From Bradymonadia bacterium (lineage in GTDB: Bacteria; Myxococcota_A; Bradymonadia; REDH01): a stretch of DNA of 31,204 nucleotides. The position numbers were made by a program, and so were the translations under genes. Positions 1-7,958 of the stretch are shown piece by piece; positions within the stretch are counted from its first letter, which is position 1; every line of letters begins with the position of its first letter. Location: NCBI GenBank assembly GCA_044376025.1, contig JBILLP010000001.1, positions 1 to 31,204 on the forward strand. The letters run 5' to 3'. The notes under the pieces were generated by a model that worked only from the letters and a program-made list of their open reading frames with translations, made no database searches and had not been told where the DNA came from.

Positions 1-687
1 GTGCGCCAGCCAGCCGGAGCCGACGTGCATGTGCACCCCCTCGACGATCAGCCCGTAGGACTGGGCGACCGACAGGGCCTCCTCGAAGCGGTCGGCGTAG
101 ATGCCGAACTTCGACGGGCGCGACCCGGCGTAGGTGAGCTGGGCGGACAGCCCAACCCCGATCTGCGGGTTGACGCGGATGCCGACGCGACGCCCCGGGA
201 AGAGACGCCCGACCTTGTGCATCATCGAGATCGAGTCGACGTTGAGACGGATCGGCAGGTGCCCGATCATCTGCACGTCCTCCTCGGAGATCGACGAGCC
301 GGTGAAGGAGATCTCCTCGGGCTTGAAGCCCGCGTTGATCGCCACCATCACCTCGCCGGGCGAGCAGCAGTCGATGCCGCAGACGCCGGTCGACCGGATC
401 GCACCGAGGACCGGTCCGAAGCGGTTCGACTTCACGGCGAAGTAGAGCCGGTTCGGCTGACCACTCCGGACGAGCGCGCCCTTGAGCCGGTTGACGTTGG
501 CGATGATCCGAGACCGGTCGTAGGCCACGAGCGGGGCTCCGTGGCGAGCGACGAGGTCGGTCACACGCTGACCGGCGATGGTCAGGTGCTCCCCCACGAA
601 GCGGAGCGTGTCACGCTCCCACCAGGGGGTCTCAACCTCGAAAACAGGGGCAATGCGTCCCTGAGGGACCTCTGCAAAAAGATCCAT
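1..687 (-). CDS. lysA: PLP-dependent diaminopimelate decarboxylase family protein (Orn/DAP/Arg decarboxylase class), N-terminal part; runs off the window edge
   Basis: Not in the ORF track; translated by hand from ATG 687 with AGGAG at 698-694: MDLFAEVPQGRIAPVFEVETPWW...LYFAVKSNRF (PLP lysine)...GIDCCSPGEV...SFTGS...LNVDS...GIRVNP...SKFG...HMHVGSG. Substrate (DAP versus another basic amino acid) cannot be fixed without the C-terminal domain. Confidence 0.8.
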   Translation of the reverse strand, partial: MDLFAEVPQGRIAPVFEVETPWWERDTLRFVGEHLTIAGQRVTDLVARHGAPLVAYDRSRIIANVNRLKGALVRSGQPNRLYFAVKSNRFGPVLGAIRSTGVCGIDCCSPGEVMVAINAGFKPEEISFTGSSISEEDVQMIGHLPIRLNVDSISMMHKVGRLFPGRRVGIRVNPQIGVGLSAQLTYAGSRPSKFGIYADRFEEALSVAQSYGLIVEGVHMHVGSGWLAH

Positions 688-719
688 CTGCGTCTCCTGG
701 CCCTCGGCTCGGGCCCAGC

Positions 720-805
720 ATTCGCCGGGGCTCGACCCCCCATGTCGCCAGGGGGCGCTGTTCCGGAACAGTCAGTCTATGAAACCAACCGGAACCCTTG
801 GCAGG
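720..805 (-). ncRNA. Candidate ykkC-family (guanidine-I/ppGpp/PRPP-like scaffold) riboswitch variant in the leader of the decarboxylase
   Basis: Minus strand reads AGGGUUCCG (798-790), a 16-nt hairpin insert, GACUGUUCCG (773-764), hairpin CGCC-CCCU-GGCG (757-746), then ACAU-GG-GGGG-UCGAG-CCCC-GGCG (745-723). This order matches the ykkC consensus as I recall it (UAGGGUUCCG..GACUGGUCCGAG..P2..ACACGG-GGG-loop-GCCC-GGGAG), with several substitutions. No covariance search was run. Confidence 0.45.
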
Positions 806-859
806 GTTCCTTCGGACGGAACGGGGCCGGCCAGGAACGGCACGACCTACGAGAGGCGG

Positions 860-888
860 CCTATAACGACCGCCCGGGGAGGGATCAA
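860..888 (-). promoter_or_regulatory. Putative sigma70-type promoter for the lysA-like leader
   Basis: Minus strand TTGATC (888-883), 17-nt spacer, TATAGG (865-860); implies a start near 853 and a leader of about 165 nt. Confidence 0.5.
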
Positions 889-905
889 GTGGAAATCGCG
901 ATCCG

Positions 906-973
906 CCCCCACACCCCCCCGGGGGTCTCTACCGGGCTCGCACCCTCCCCCCACCCCCCGGCAAAAACCCCCC
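906..973 (-). other. G-run cluster with G-quadruplex potential
   Basis: Plus-strand C runs at 906-910, 914-920, 943-945, 947-952, 954-959 and 968-973; minus strand includes G6-N8-G6-T-G6-A-G3. Confidence 0.4.
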
Positions 974-1204
974 TTGGCGGGACGTATAACCGAAACGGCG
1001 GGGTCAACATCAGGCCACAGACGCCCTCGTGAGCCCAATTCTGCCGCCAACAGGCCTTGCGCCCCGAACCCGCACGCTGCAGGCGCAGCGACCCCTCAGG
1101 ACCGCCTTGCGGCCGGACGAAGCCCGACGCGCTCCCTCTTCGGCAATACGACGCCCGGCCGCCCCTGACGCAACGCGCGCCGCCGCCCGCGCCAACTCCC
1201 GCCC

Positions 1205-1885
1205 TCAGGGCAAGGCGGCCTTCGAGCCCGGGTAGGTCTGCGCGTGGCGGTTCCGCAGGCCGTTCATGATGCCCGGCAGCGCCGAGCCTGAGGCCCAGCG
1301 GATCACGAAGTCGGGCAGTGAGATCCCCGGGTCGCCGTACAGGACATACTTTGCGTAGGTCCACTCAGGGTCGTCTGGCAGCGGTGCGAGCACCCAGTAG
1401 CCCGCGCTCTCGTTGATGTTCCCGGTGCCTGGGACATACTGGAACTCGTTCGTCCAGGCTGACCGTCCGGCGACTGTCTTCGGGCCGATCACGGCTCGCA
1501 TGCGCCACGTGCGGTCGGGGATCGGCCAGGGCAGATCGGTGACGCCCTCGAGCACATCGATGTTCCCCGCTCGGCTCACCAGCCTCATCTCCGCCATCGA
1601 CGGCGCCCACTTGGTGGCGTTCGGGTAGTCGAGCAGGATCTCGGCAAGCTGGTTGACGGGCGCTTGGATGAGCGCGACCGCCTGCCCCCGGAACGGCATG
1701 GTGTCGGTCATCGTGCGCAGCACCCTGCCCGACTTGAGCGCCGTGATCTGCGCCGCGGAGAGCGTCCCGATCGTGGGTGCCTCGACGTCGATCGCGTAGC
1801 CACGCGCCACGAGCAGCAGCGCGACCGCCGCAGAGAGGAGCGCCGCCAGCCTGCGGCGGGACCCGTTCGGGATGGGTGGGTTCAT
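1205..1885 (-). CDS. Exported SRPBCC/START-domain (polyketide cyclase-like) lipid-binding protein
   Basis: Signal-like N-terminus (RRRLAALLSAAVALLLVARGYA); START-type segments IQAPVNQLAEILLDYPNATKWAP, LPWPIPDRTW, GYWVLAP, DPGISLPDFVIRW. Confidence 0.75.
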   Translation of the reverse strand: MNPPIPNGSRRRLAALLSAAVALLLVARGYAIDVEAPTIGTLSAAQITALKSGRVLRTMTDTMPFRGQAVALIQAPVNQLAEILLDYPNATKWAPSMAEMRLVSRAGNIDVLEGVTDLPWPIPDRTWRMRAVIGPKTVAGRSAWTNEFQYVPGTGNINESAGYWVLAPLPDDPEWTYAKYVLYGDPGISLPDFVIRWASGSALPGIMNGLRNRHAQTYPGSKAALP

Positions 1886-1926
1886 GTGCGTCCCTGCGGG
1901 CGATGGCCCGGGTGAGTCTCCGCCGA

Positions 1927-3084
1927 CTAGCCGGTCGGGACCGGGGTCTCTGCGTTGGGGTCGGTGTGGGCCTCGGTATCGCGGAGGCCGCCGGGCTGGG
2001 TGGTCTCACCCCAGTGCGGGTCGACGACCTCCACGGTCGAGGTGTCGTTCGCGCGCGATGACGAACCCGGCGCGTCGGGCCGCGCCTCCTGCACCTCGAC
2101 GACGAGCACGGTGACGTTGTCCCGACCCCCGGCGAAGAGAGCGCGATCCACGAGGCGTTCGCAGGCGAGGTCGAGCGAGATCAGCGGATCCAGCAGGATC
2201 TGCTCGATCTGGTGGTCGGACACGAGGTCGCTCAGCCCATCGCTGCAGAGCAGGAAGCGGTCCCCCGTGCGGACGACAAGCTCCTTGCACTCGATGGAGA
2301 CGTCAGGCTCAAGGCCGAGCGCCCGCATGATGACGTTCGACATCGTGGCGGCGGCGAGCCGCGCCTCGGTCTCGCGGCCGAGCGCGAACAAGAAGTTCGA
2401 CAGGCTGTGGTCGTCGGTAACCTGCGCGAGGCTTCCATCGCGGAGCAGGTAGCACCTGCTGTCGCCGGCGTGGCAGAGGCTGACGATGTCGCCGTGCAGC
2501 CGGATGCCCACGGCGGTCGTGCCCATGCCGCCCCACTCCGGCTTCTGGTGGGAGGCGGTGAAGATCGCCCGGTTGGCGGTGCGGAGCGATGCCTCGAGCT
2601 CGCGGGTCTGTAGCGACCAGGTCGGATCGTCGCCCGGGGCGATGTGTTCGAGGCTCCGCTCAGGCGCAAACGCGTCCGCGATGGCCCGGACACAGATCTC
2701 GGACGCAATCTTGCCGGCGGCGTGGCCTCCCATGCCGTCGGCGACCACGAACAGACCGCGGTCGGGCACGATGATGAAGTCATCCTCGTTGTGGTCGCGC
2801 ACGAGCCCGGTGTGGGTGCGAACCGCATAGCGGACCTCAAGCGTGCGGCTGGCCTCGTCACCGGCAATCACGAGCCGCAGCTCAGGATGCGGGGTCGGTG
2901 GGGCGAAATCCCTGAGGTAGGGGCCCCGCGACGAAGACGATACGCTGTGGTTACGCAGTGCGTCATACACATCCGTCTCGCCCGTGATCTCGGTTCCTCG
3001 AACCCCAGTGCGTCGTGGCTGAGGCGGGCGGCCCCTCGGGCTCGCCTTGCGTCGGATCGGTCGGGTCACGCTCAGCCTCGACAT
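1927..3084 (-). CDS. PP2C-family Ser/Thr protein phosphatase (Stp1/PrpC-like); start uncertain
   Basis: THTGLVRDHNED, VADGMGGHAAG, GMGTT, HAGDSRCY, TDDHS, RALG, LLCSDGL, GGRDNVT. Alternative GTG start at 2970. Confidence 0.92.
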   Translation of the reverse strand: MSRLSVTRPIRRKASPRGRPPQPRRTGVRGTEITGETDVYDALRNHSVSSSSRGPYLRDFAPPTPHPELRLVIAGDEASRTLEVRYAVRTHTGLVRDHNEDDFIIVPDRGLFVVADGMGGHAAGKIASEICVRAIADAFAPERSLEHIAPGDDPTWSLQTRELEASLRTANRAIFTASHQKPEWGGMGTTAVGIRLHGDIVSLCHAGDSRCYLLRDGSLAQVTDDHSLSNFLFALGRETEARLAAATMSNVIMRALGLEPDVSIECKELVVRTGDRFLLCSDGLSDLVSDHQIEQILLDPLISLDLACERLVDRALFAGGRDNVTVLVVEVQEARPDAPGSSSRANDTSTVEVVDPHWGETTQPGGLRDTEAHTDPNAETPVPTG

Positions 3085-3145
3085 TCCGCGACGCGTCGCG
3101 GGGTGCGAAAGAGGAGACGGCCCATATCACAGCGTCGCGCTTTCG

Positions 3146-4111
3146 TCACGAGTGATGCTCGACCGCGAACATCGCTGCCCCGAGCAGCCCCGCATCATCG
3201 CCAAGCTCTCCGTGGCGGATCTCCAGCCGCGTGCGGGCCACCGCCAGCGTGAGGTCCCGGGTCCGGGCCTCGAAGCGCAGCCTGAGCCTCGGCGCCCTGT
3301 CAAAGACCCCTCCCCCGACCAGCAGCACCGAGGGATTCAAGAAGGTGCACATGCCCGACGCCACGTGGGCCAGCGCTTCGGACGCCTCGTGCCAGAGCGC
3401 CTCCGCCGCGGGGTCGCCGGCCTCGACAGCGCGCTCCGCGCGGGCGAGGTCGGCGGCGGGCTCCGCGTCCTGGTCGGTCCCGAACCGCATGGCCGCGACG
3501 CGTCGTGCGAGCGCCGCGCCGCCGGCGACCGCCTCGAGGCAGCCCCGTTCTCCGCAGCCGCACAGCGCGTCACAGCCGGGCAGCTTGACGTGGCCGATCT
3601 CGCCTGCCGTTCCGCCCGCGCCGCGGACGATGCGCCCGTCGGTGACCACCGCACCGCCGACGCCGGTGCCCACGTACATGGCGACCAGGTCGCGCGCCCC
3701 GCGGGCACCGCCGTCGGCGAGCTCGCCCCGTACGATCGCCGTCAGGTCGTTGACCATCCGGATGCTGCCGGGCGGGCGGCCGAGCTCGGCCTCGAGCAGC
3801 TCCACCAGCCCAAGGTCGCGCCAGCCGATGTTGGGCGCGTTCACAACCGTGCGGCCATCGGGCGAGAGCTGCCCCGCCAACCCGACCCCGAGCGGCGTCG
3901 CAGCCGGTTCGAGGCCGTGTCGCGATGACAGCGCGGCGAGCTCGTCACGCAGCGCGGCCGACAGGGCTCCAGCGGCATCGTGGTCGCCCGAGCGCCACGC
4001 CCGCTTGGTCGAGCCCGCCAAGGCAGGACGCCGGCCCCCCGAGAGGCTGAACAGGCCGACGCGCAGATAGGTGCCCCCGACGTCGACGCCGAAAGCCCAC
4101 GCCTCGGTCAT
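3146..4111 (-). CDS. ROK-family sugar kinase (glucokinase/mannokinase-like)
   Basis: GVDVGGT, APNIGW, VNDLTA, GTGVGG, GEIGH and Zn motif CGCGERGCLE; start overlaps the upstream stop (ATGA). Confidence 0.92.
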   Translation of the reverse strand: MTEAWAFGVDVGGTYLRVGLFSLSGGRRPALAGSTKRAWRSGDHDAAGALSAALRDELAALSSRHGLEPAATPLGVGLAGQLSPDGRTVVNAPNIGWRDLGLVELLEAELGRPPGSIRMVNDLTAIVRGELADGGARGARDLVAMYVGTGVGGAVVTDGRIVRGAGGTAGEIGHVKLPGCDALCGCGERGCLEAVAGGAALARRVAAMRFGTDQDAEPAADLARAERAVEAGDPAAEALWHEASEALAHVASGMCTFLNPSVLLVGGGVFDRAPRLRLRFEARTRDLTLAVARTRLEIRHGELGDDAGLLGAAMFAVEHHS

Positions 4112-5463
4112 CGAGGCGTCTCCTCGGCGATCACGCGGTCAAGGAACGCGCGGATCTCGTCGCGCCGCGCCTCCGAGATCGCCTCGGTGCGCATCACGAG
4201 CACCGGCTGGGTGTTCGAGGCCCTGATGAGACCCCAACCATCGGCAAAGGTCACGCGGGCGCCGTCGATGTCGTTGACCGAGAGTCCGTCCCGCTTGAGA
4301 CGCGCCACGACCCGCTCCACGATCTCGAACTTGAGCGAGTCCGGGCAGTCGACGCGCAGCTCAGGTGTCACGAAGGTGCGCGGCACATCAGCCAGCATCT
4401 CCGAGATCGACCGTGTGTCGTTCGACACGATCTCGAGCAGGCGGGCCATGGCATACAGCGCGTCATCAAAGCCGAAGTAGCGGTGCTTGAAGAAGATGTG
4501 CCCCGACATCTCTCCCGCGAGCAGCGCACCCGACTCCTTCATCTTCGACTTGATCAGGCTGTGGCCGGTCTTCCACATGATCGGCTTGCCGCCGTGGGCC
4601 GCGATGTCATCGTAGAGCGTCTTGCTGCACTTGACCTCGCCGACGATCGTCGCGCCCGGGGCGTCCGCGAGCACGGCACGGGCGAAGAGCGTCAGCAGCC
4701 GGTCGCCCCACTGCACCTCTCCGTTGCCATCGACGACACCGACCCGATCGGCGTCTCCGTCGAGGCCGACCGCGAAGTCGGCACCGGTCGCCTTCACGTT
4801 CCGCGAGAGGATCTCGACCGTGTCCACCGTGGTCGGGTCGGGGTGGTGGTTCGGGAAGGTCCCGTCGGGCTCGATGTAGAAGCCGTGCGCGGTGACGCCG
4901 AGCCGCCGTGCCAGGTCGAGCGCGAGGGGTCCGCCGATGCCGTTGCCGCCGTCGATGACGATCGACAGCTTGCGCGGGCCCATATGGATGTTCGCGGTGA
5001 TCCAGTCGAGGTACTCCGACTCGATCGCATCGCTGACCAGCCGGCCCTGCCCCGAGGCGAAGTCCCGGGACTCCATGCGGCGACGGAGCCCCTGCACCGC
5101 GTCACCGTGCAGCGCCTCGCGTCCGAGGAGCATCTTGAACCCGTTGAACTCGGGCGGGTTGTGCGAGCCCGTGATCTGGACTCCGCCGCCATACCCGCGG
5201 TGAAAGACCGCGAAGTAGAGGACCGGCGTGGGGATGGCGCCGAAGTCATGCACCTCGAGCCCACACTCGGTCAGGCCCCGGACGACAGCAGCGTGCAGGC
5301 GTGGCCCCGAGAGGCGGCAGTCACGACCGACCGCGAACGTCGTGGCGCCGAGCAGGCGAGCCTCGGTGCCAAGGGCGCGGCCAAGCAGGTAGGCCACGTC
5401 GTCGGTCAGGTCTCGCTCGGCGATGCCGCGGATGTCATAGGCTCGAAAGATCTCGGGATTCAT
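4108..5463 (-). CDS. Phosphomannomutase/phosphoglucomutase (AlgC/ManB type)
   Basis: Start taken at MNPEIFRAYDIRG (ATG 5463); catalytic TGSHNP, metal loop DGDADR, sugar loop GEMSGH, RASNTQP. Confidence 0.95.
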   Translation of the reverse strand: MNPEIFRAYDIRGIAERDLTDDVAYLLGRALGTEARLLGATTFAVGRDCRLSGPRLHAAVVRGLTECGLEVHDFGAIPTPVLYFAVFHRGYGGGVQITGSHNPPEFNGFKMLLGREALHGDAVQGLRRRMESRDFASGQGRLVSDAIESEYLDWITANIHMGPRKLSIVIDGGNGIGGPLALDLARRLGVTAHGFYIEPDGTFPNHHPDPTTVDTVEILSRNVKATGADFAVGLDGDADRVGVVDGNGEVQWGDRLLTLFARAVLADAPGATIVGEVKCSKTLYDDIAAHGGKPIMWKTGHSLIKSKMKESGALLAGEMSGHIFFKHRYFGFDDALYAMARLLEIVSNDTRSISEMLADVPRTFVTPELRVDCPDSLKFEIVERVVARLKRDGLSVNDIDGARVTFADGWGLIRASNTQPVLVMRTEAISEARRDEIRAFLDRVIAEETPR

Positions 5464-5494
5464 GGTTCTGCACGCCAGGTTCTGACAGCGGGGC

Positions 5495-6556
5495 TCAGGT
5501 GAGCCGGCCGTCGCGGTTTCGGAGCGACTCGACGATGGCACGGACCTCCTGCACGCGCTCCCGCGGAGCCACAAGCAGCGCGTCCTCGCTGTCGACAACG
5601 ACGATGCGGTCGAGACCCACAGCGGCCAGCACGCGCTTGTCGTGTCCCATCAGGATCGAGTCGCGGCAGTCGAAGGCGACCACGTCACCCATGGTGACAT
5701 TGCCGGAGGGGTCGGTCTCTGCAACCTCGGGCAGCGCGTCCCAGGCGCCCACGTCGCTCCAGCCGAAGCTCGCGGGGATGACACGCACCTGCTCGGCGCC
5801 CTCCATCACCCCGTAGTCGATCGAGATTGACTCGATCTCGTCGAAGATCTCCGCGATCCGGGCTCCATCGCCCCCCTCGCGGAACACCGTGGCGAGCTGC
5901 TCGAGCTGGGCACTGAGGCGGGGGAGCTGCCGCTGGATCTCGCGGAGGATGGTGTCGATGCGAAAGAAGAAGATGCCGGCGTTCCAGAGGTAGTCGCCGT
6001 CGGCGAGGTATCGCATCGCGGTCTCGCGGTTGGGCTTCTCGACGAAGCGCTGGACATCGGCGACGCCCTGCCCGGAGACCGGACCGCGCCGGATGTAGCC
6101 GTAGCCTGTCTCAGGCTTGGTCGGCTCGATGCCGAGCGTGACGATCGCGCCCGACTCCGCCTCGAGGGCCGCCAGCCGCACGACGTCGCGAAAGCGCTCG
6201 ACATCGCGGATGAAGTGGTCAGCGGGGAAGACCGCCATCACCTCGTCGGTGCGGCCGAGCTTCTCTCGCAGCCAGACCGCGGCGAGCCCGATGCAGGGTG
6301 CGGTGTTGCGACCGATCGGCTCCCGGAGGATGTTGTCGGCCGGCAGCCCGGGAATCGCGTCGGCGATGGCGTCGGCCAGCGACTCCGAGGTCACGACCGC
6401 GACCTGTTCGAGCGGGATGAGCCCGCCAAAGCGATCGACGGTCTCGGTGACCATCGGGCGGTCTCCGAAGAGACGGAGCAGCTGCTTCGGTCGATGCCGA
6501 CGCGAGAGGGGCCAGAAGCGAGTGCCGGCGCCACCGGCCATGATTACCGCGTGCAT
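5495..6556 (-). CDS. manC: Mannose-1-phosphate guanylyltransferase, monofunctional (no cupin PMI domain)
   Basis: MHAVIMAGGAGTRFWPLSR..PKQ, EPIGRNTAP, PADH, PETGYGYI, FVEKP, WNAGIF, SIDYGVME, WSDVGAW; ends after a short beta-helix tail. Confidence 0.93.
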   Translation of the reverse strand: MHAVIMAGGAGTRFWPLSRRHRPKQLLRLFGDRPMVTETVDRFGGLIPLEQVAVVTSESLADAIADAIPGLPADNILREPIGRNTAPCIGLAAVWLREKLGRTDEVMAVFPADHFIRDVERFRDVVRLAALEAESGAIVTLGIEPTKPETGYGYIRRGPVSGQGVADVQRFVEKPNRETAMRYLADGDYLWNAGIFFFRIDTILREIQRQLPRLSAQLEQLATVFREGGDGARIAEIFDEIESISIDYGVMEGAEQVRVIPASFGWSDVGAWDALPEVAETDPSGNVTMGDVVAFDCRDSILMGHDKRVLAAVGLDRIVVVDSEDALLVAPRERVQEVRAIVESLRNRDGRLT

Positions 6557-6689
6557 GGATTCACTGCCGCGAGGACCGCGGTTCGAGGGTTCAGCCACGT
6601 CACGCGCGCGCGCCGTGGAGGGCCGCCATCGCTAGACGACCGACGCGCCGCCGCCAAGGGTCACCCCGACCGTTGCGCCCCCGCCGCCG

Positions 6690-7211
6690 TCACCCCTCGC
6701 CGGCGATCGGCTCGGCGATCCAGTCGCGCATCCGGGCGTGGACCGCGGGCCAGGCGTCCCCGATCCGGTCCTCGAGAAAGGCCCGGTAGATGGCGTTCCA
6801 AGCGCCATCGAGCTCCTCGATCAGGTACATCCGCTCCGACAGGCGCGAGTCCTCGTCCTTCTTGACGAGCCCGGGCAGTTTGACGCCCGACTTGCGAAAC
6901 GTCTGTGCGTCGAAGACGAAGACCCACTCCTTCTCGCCCTTGAGCAGGCGCAGCTTGGCCTTGCTGACGCGCTTGCCGAACTGCAGCGCCTTGTAGGCCT
7001 CGGGGGATTGCGCCGGAGCCCCGCCCTTGAGCCGGCTCTGTTCGGTCTCTGCCAGCGAGGCGACCAGCACCAGCGAGTCGTCGAACGAGACCTCAACGAC
7101 ATCCTCGTCGACGCGGAACCGCGCCTCGTCGACGTCGGTGCGATACCAGAGCCACAACAGCAGCTCCTCCCCGAGGAACTCCTTTCCGATCACGACGTCA
7201 TCGACATCCAT
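6690..7211 (-). CDS. RdgC-like protein, C-terminal half of a split pair
   Basis: FLGEELLLWLWY...GKRVSKAKLRL...ERMYLIEEL pattern, as seen in deltaproteobacterial genes paired with RdgC-like ORFs; own ATG with CAGGA upstream. Confidence 0.55.
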   Translation of the reverse strand: MDVDDVVIGKEFLGEELLLWLWYRTDVDEARFRVDEDVVEVSFDDSLVLVASLAETEQSRLKGGAPAQSPEAYKALQFGKRVSKAKLRLLKGEKEWVFVFDAQTFRKSGVKLPGLVKKDEDSRLSERMYLIEELDGAWNAIYRAFLEDRIGDAWPAVHARMRDWIAEPIAGEG

Positions 7212-7240
7212 GTCTGCATCCTGGTGAGTCGCGACGGGCG

Positions 7241-7861
7241 CTACGCGTCGGGGGTGAAGCGGGCAGGCTCGACGTCGCCGAGAAGCCCGACCTGGTGCTC
7301 ATCGAGCCCGGCCTGCAGCGCCGCCACCCAGCTGGTGTCGGGGATCAGCCGGATCTCGAAGGTGCGGTGAAACAGCTCGACGAAGCGCTCGTTCGCCCGG
7401 CCCGACTGGGACCAGAAGCGGACCTTGCCGTCATCGAGGTTCCAGACGACGTCAACGACCGAGGCCGAGGCGAGGCTCTGCCGACGCATCTCGCGGGTGA
7501 CCTGCTCGCGGAGCGAGTCCTTCTCGCCGCGGGTGAGCCGTGGCCGCTTCGTCTGCTCGACGTACTCGCGCTCGGCCCGCTTGACCCGCGCCTTGAGCAG
7601 CGTCGCCGGCAGCGCCCACTTGTCGACGCGCAGCCCCAGGCAGAGGTAGACATCCCTGAAGATCGTTGCCGGTCGGGCCTCGTCGAGCAGGATGTCGTCG
7701 AGGTCGCACCAGCCGGTGCTAGTGTCCTCCTCCATGTCGGGATGCAACGGCCTGAACCAGAACCGTGCGATCCGCTCGAAGGCCTCGTCGCGGAACGCCG
7801 CGTCGATGTCCCCGGGAACGTGGTAGAGCGTGTACGAAACACTGCCTGCGATCGCGCCCAC
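7241..7861 (-). CDS. rdgC: Recombination-associated RdgC-like protein, N-terminal half
   Basis: GTG 7861 with GGAGG upstream; GSVSYTLYHV..F.P...GW...LGLRVDKWALPATLLK...EK.SLRE.V..E...DVVWN.....F.S.S..A.E.F..LF..TF matches the RdgC N-terminal pattern. Confidence 0.65.
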   Translation of the reverse strand: MGAIAGSVSYTLYHVPGDIDAAFRDEAFERIARFWFRPLHPDMEEDTSTGWCDLDDILLDEARPATIFRDVYLCLGLRVDKWALPATLLKARVKRAEREYVEQTKRPRLTRGEKDSLREQVTREMRRQSLASASVVDVVWNLDDGKVRFWSQSGRANERFVELFHRTFEIRLIPDTSWVAALQAGLDEHQVGLLGDVEPARFTPDA

Positions 7862-7958
7862 GGATCCTCCAGAGCTGCGGTCCGCGCCAGGGCTGGCGAC
7901 GGACGGGCGGGGGCTCCTAGCACCGACGCCCGATCCCGGCCAGTGCGACCGGCAGGCG

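Noticed and set aside
700-860. Lysine riboswitch upstream of lysA
   Set aside because: No AGAGGUGC start, loop-E or kink-turn motifs, and the stems are far too short.
983-1007. Second minus-strand promoter TTGACC...TATACG
   Set aside because: Spacer is only 13 nt.
958-1010. GGCAAA...GGGACG resembling a c-di-GMP-I riboswitch on the plus strand
   Set aside because: No GNRA-capped P2, no CAAAG/receptor helix, and no plus-strand gene downstream.
1-1032. 343-aa plus-strand ORF and the other long antisense ORFs in the track (4483-5502, 7830-9251, 13924-15018, 16961-17914, 22355-23416, 27036-28550 and similar)
   Set aside because: They shadow well-supported genes on the opposite strand, have no motifs, and are expected from high-GC codon bias.
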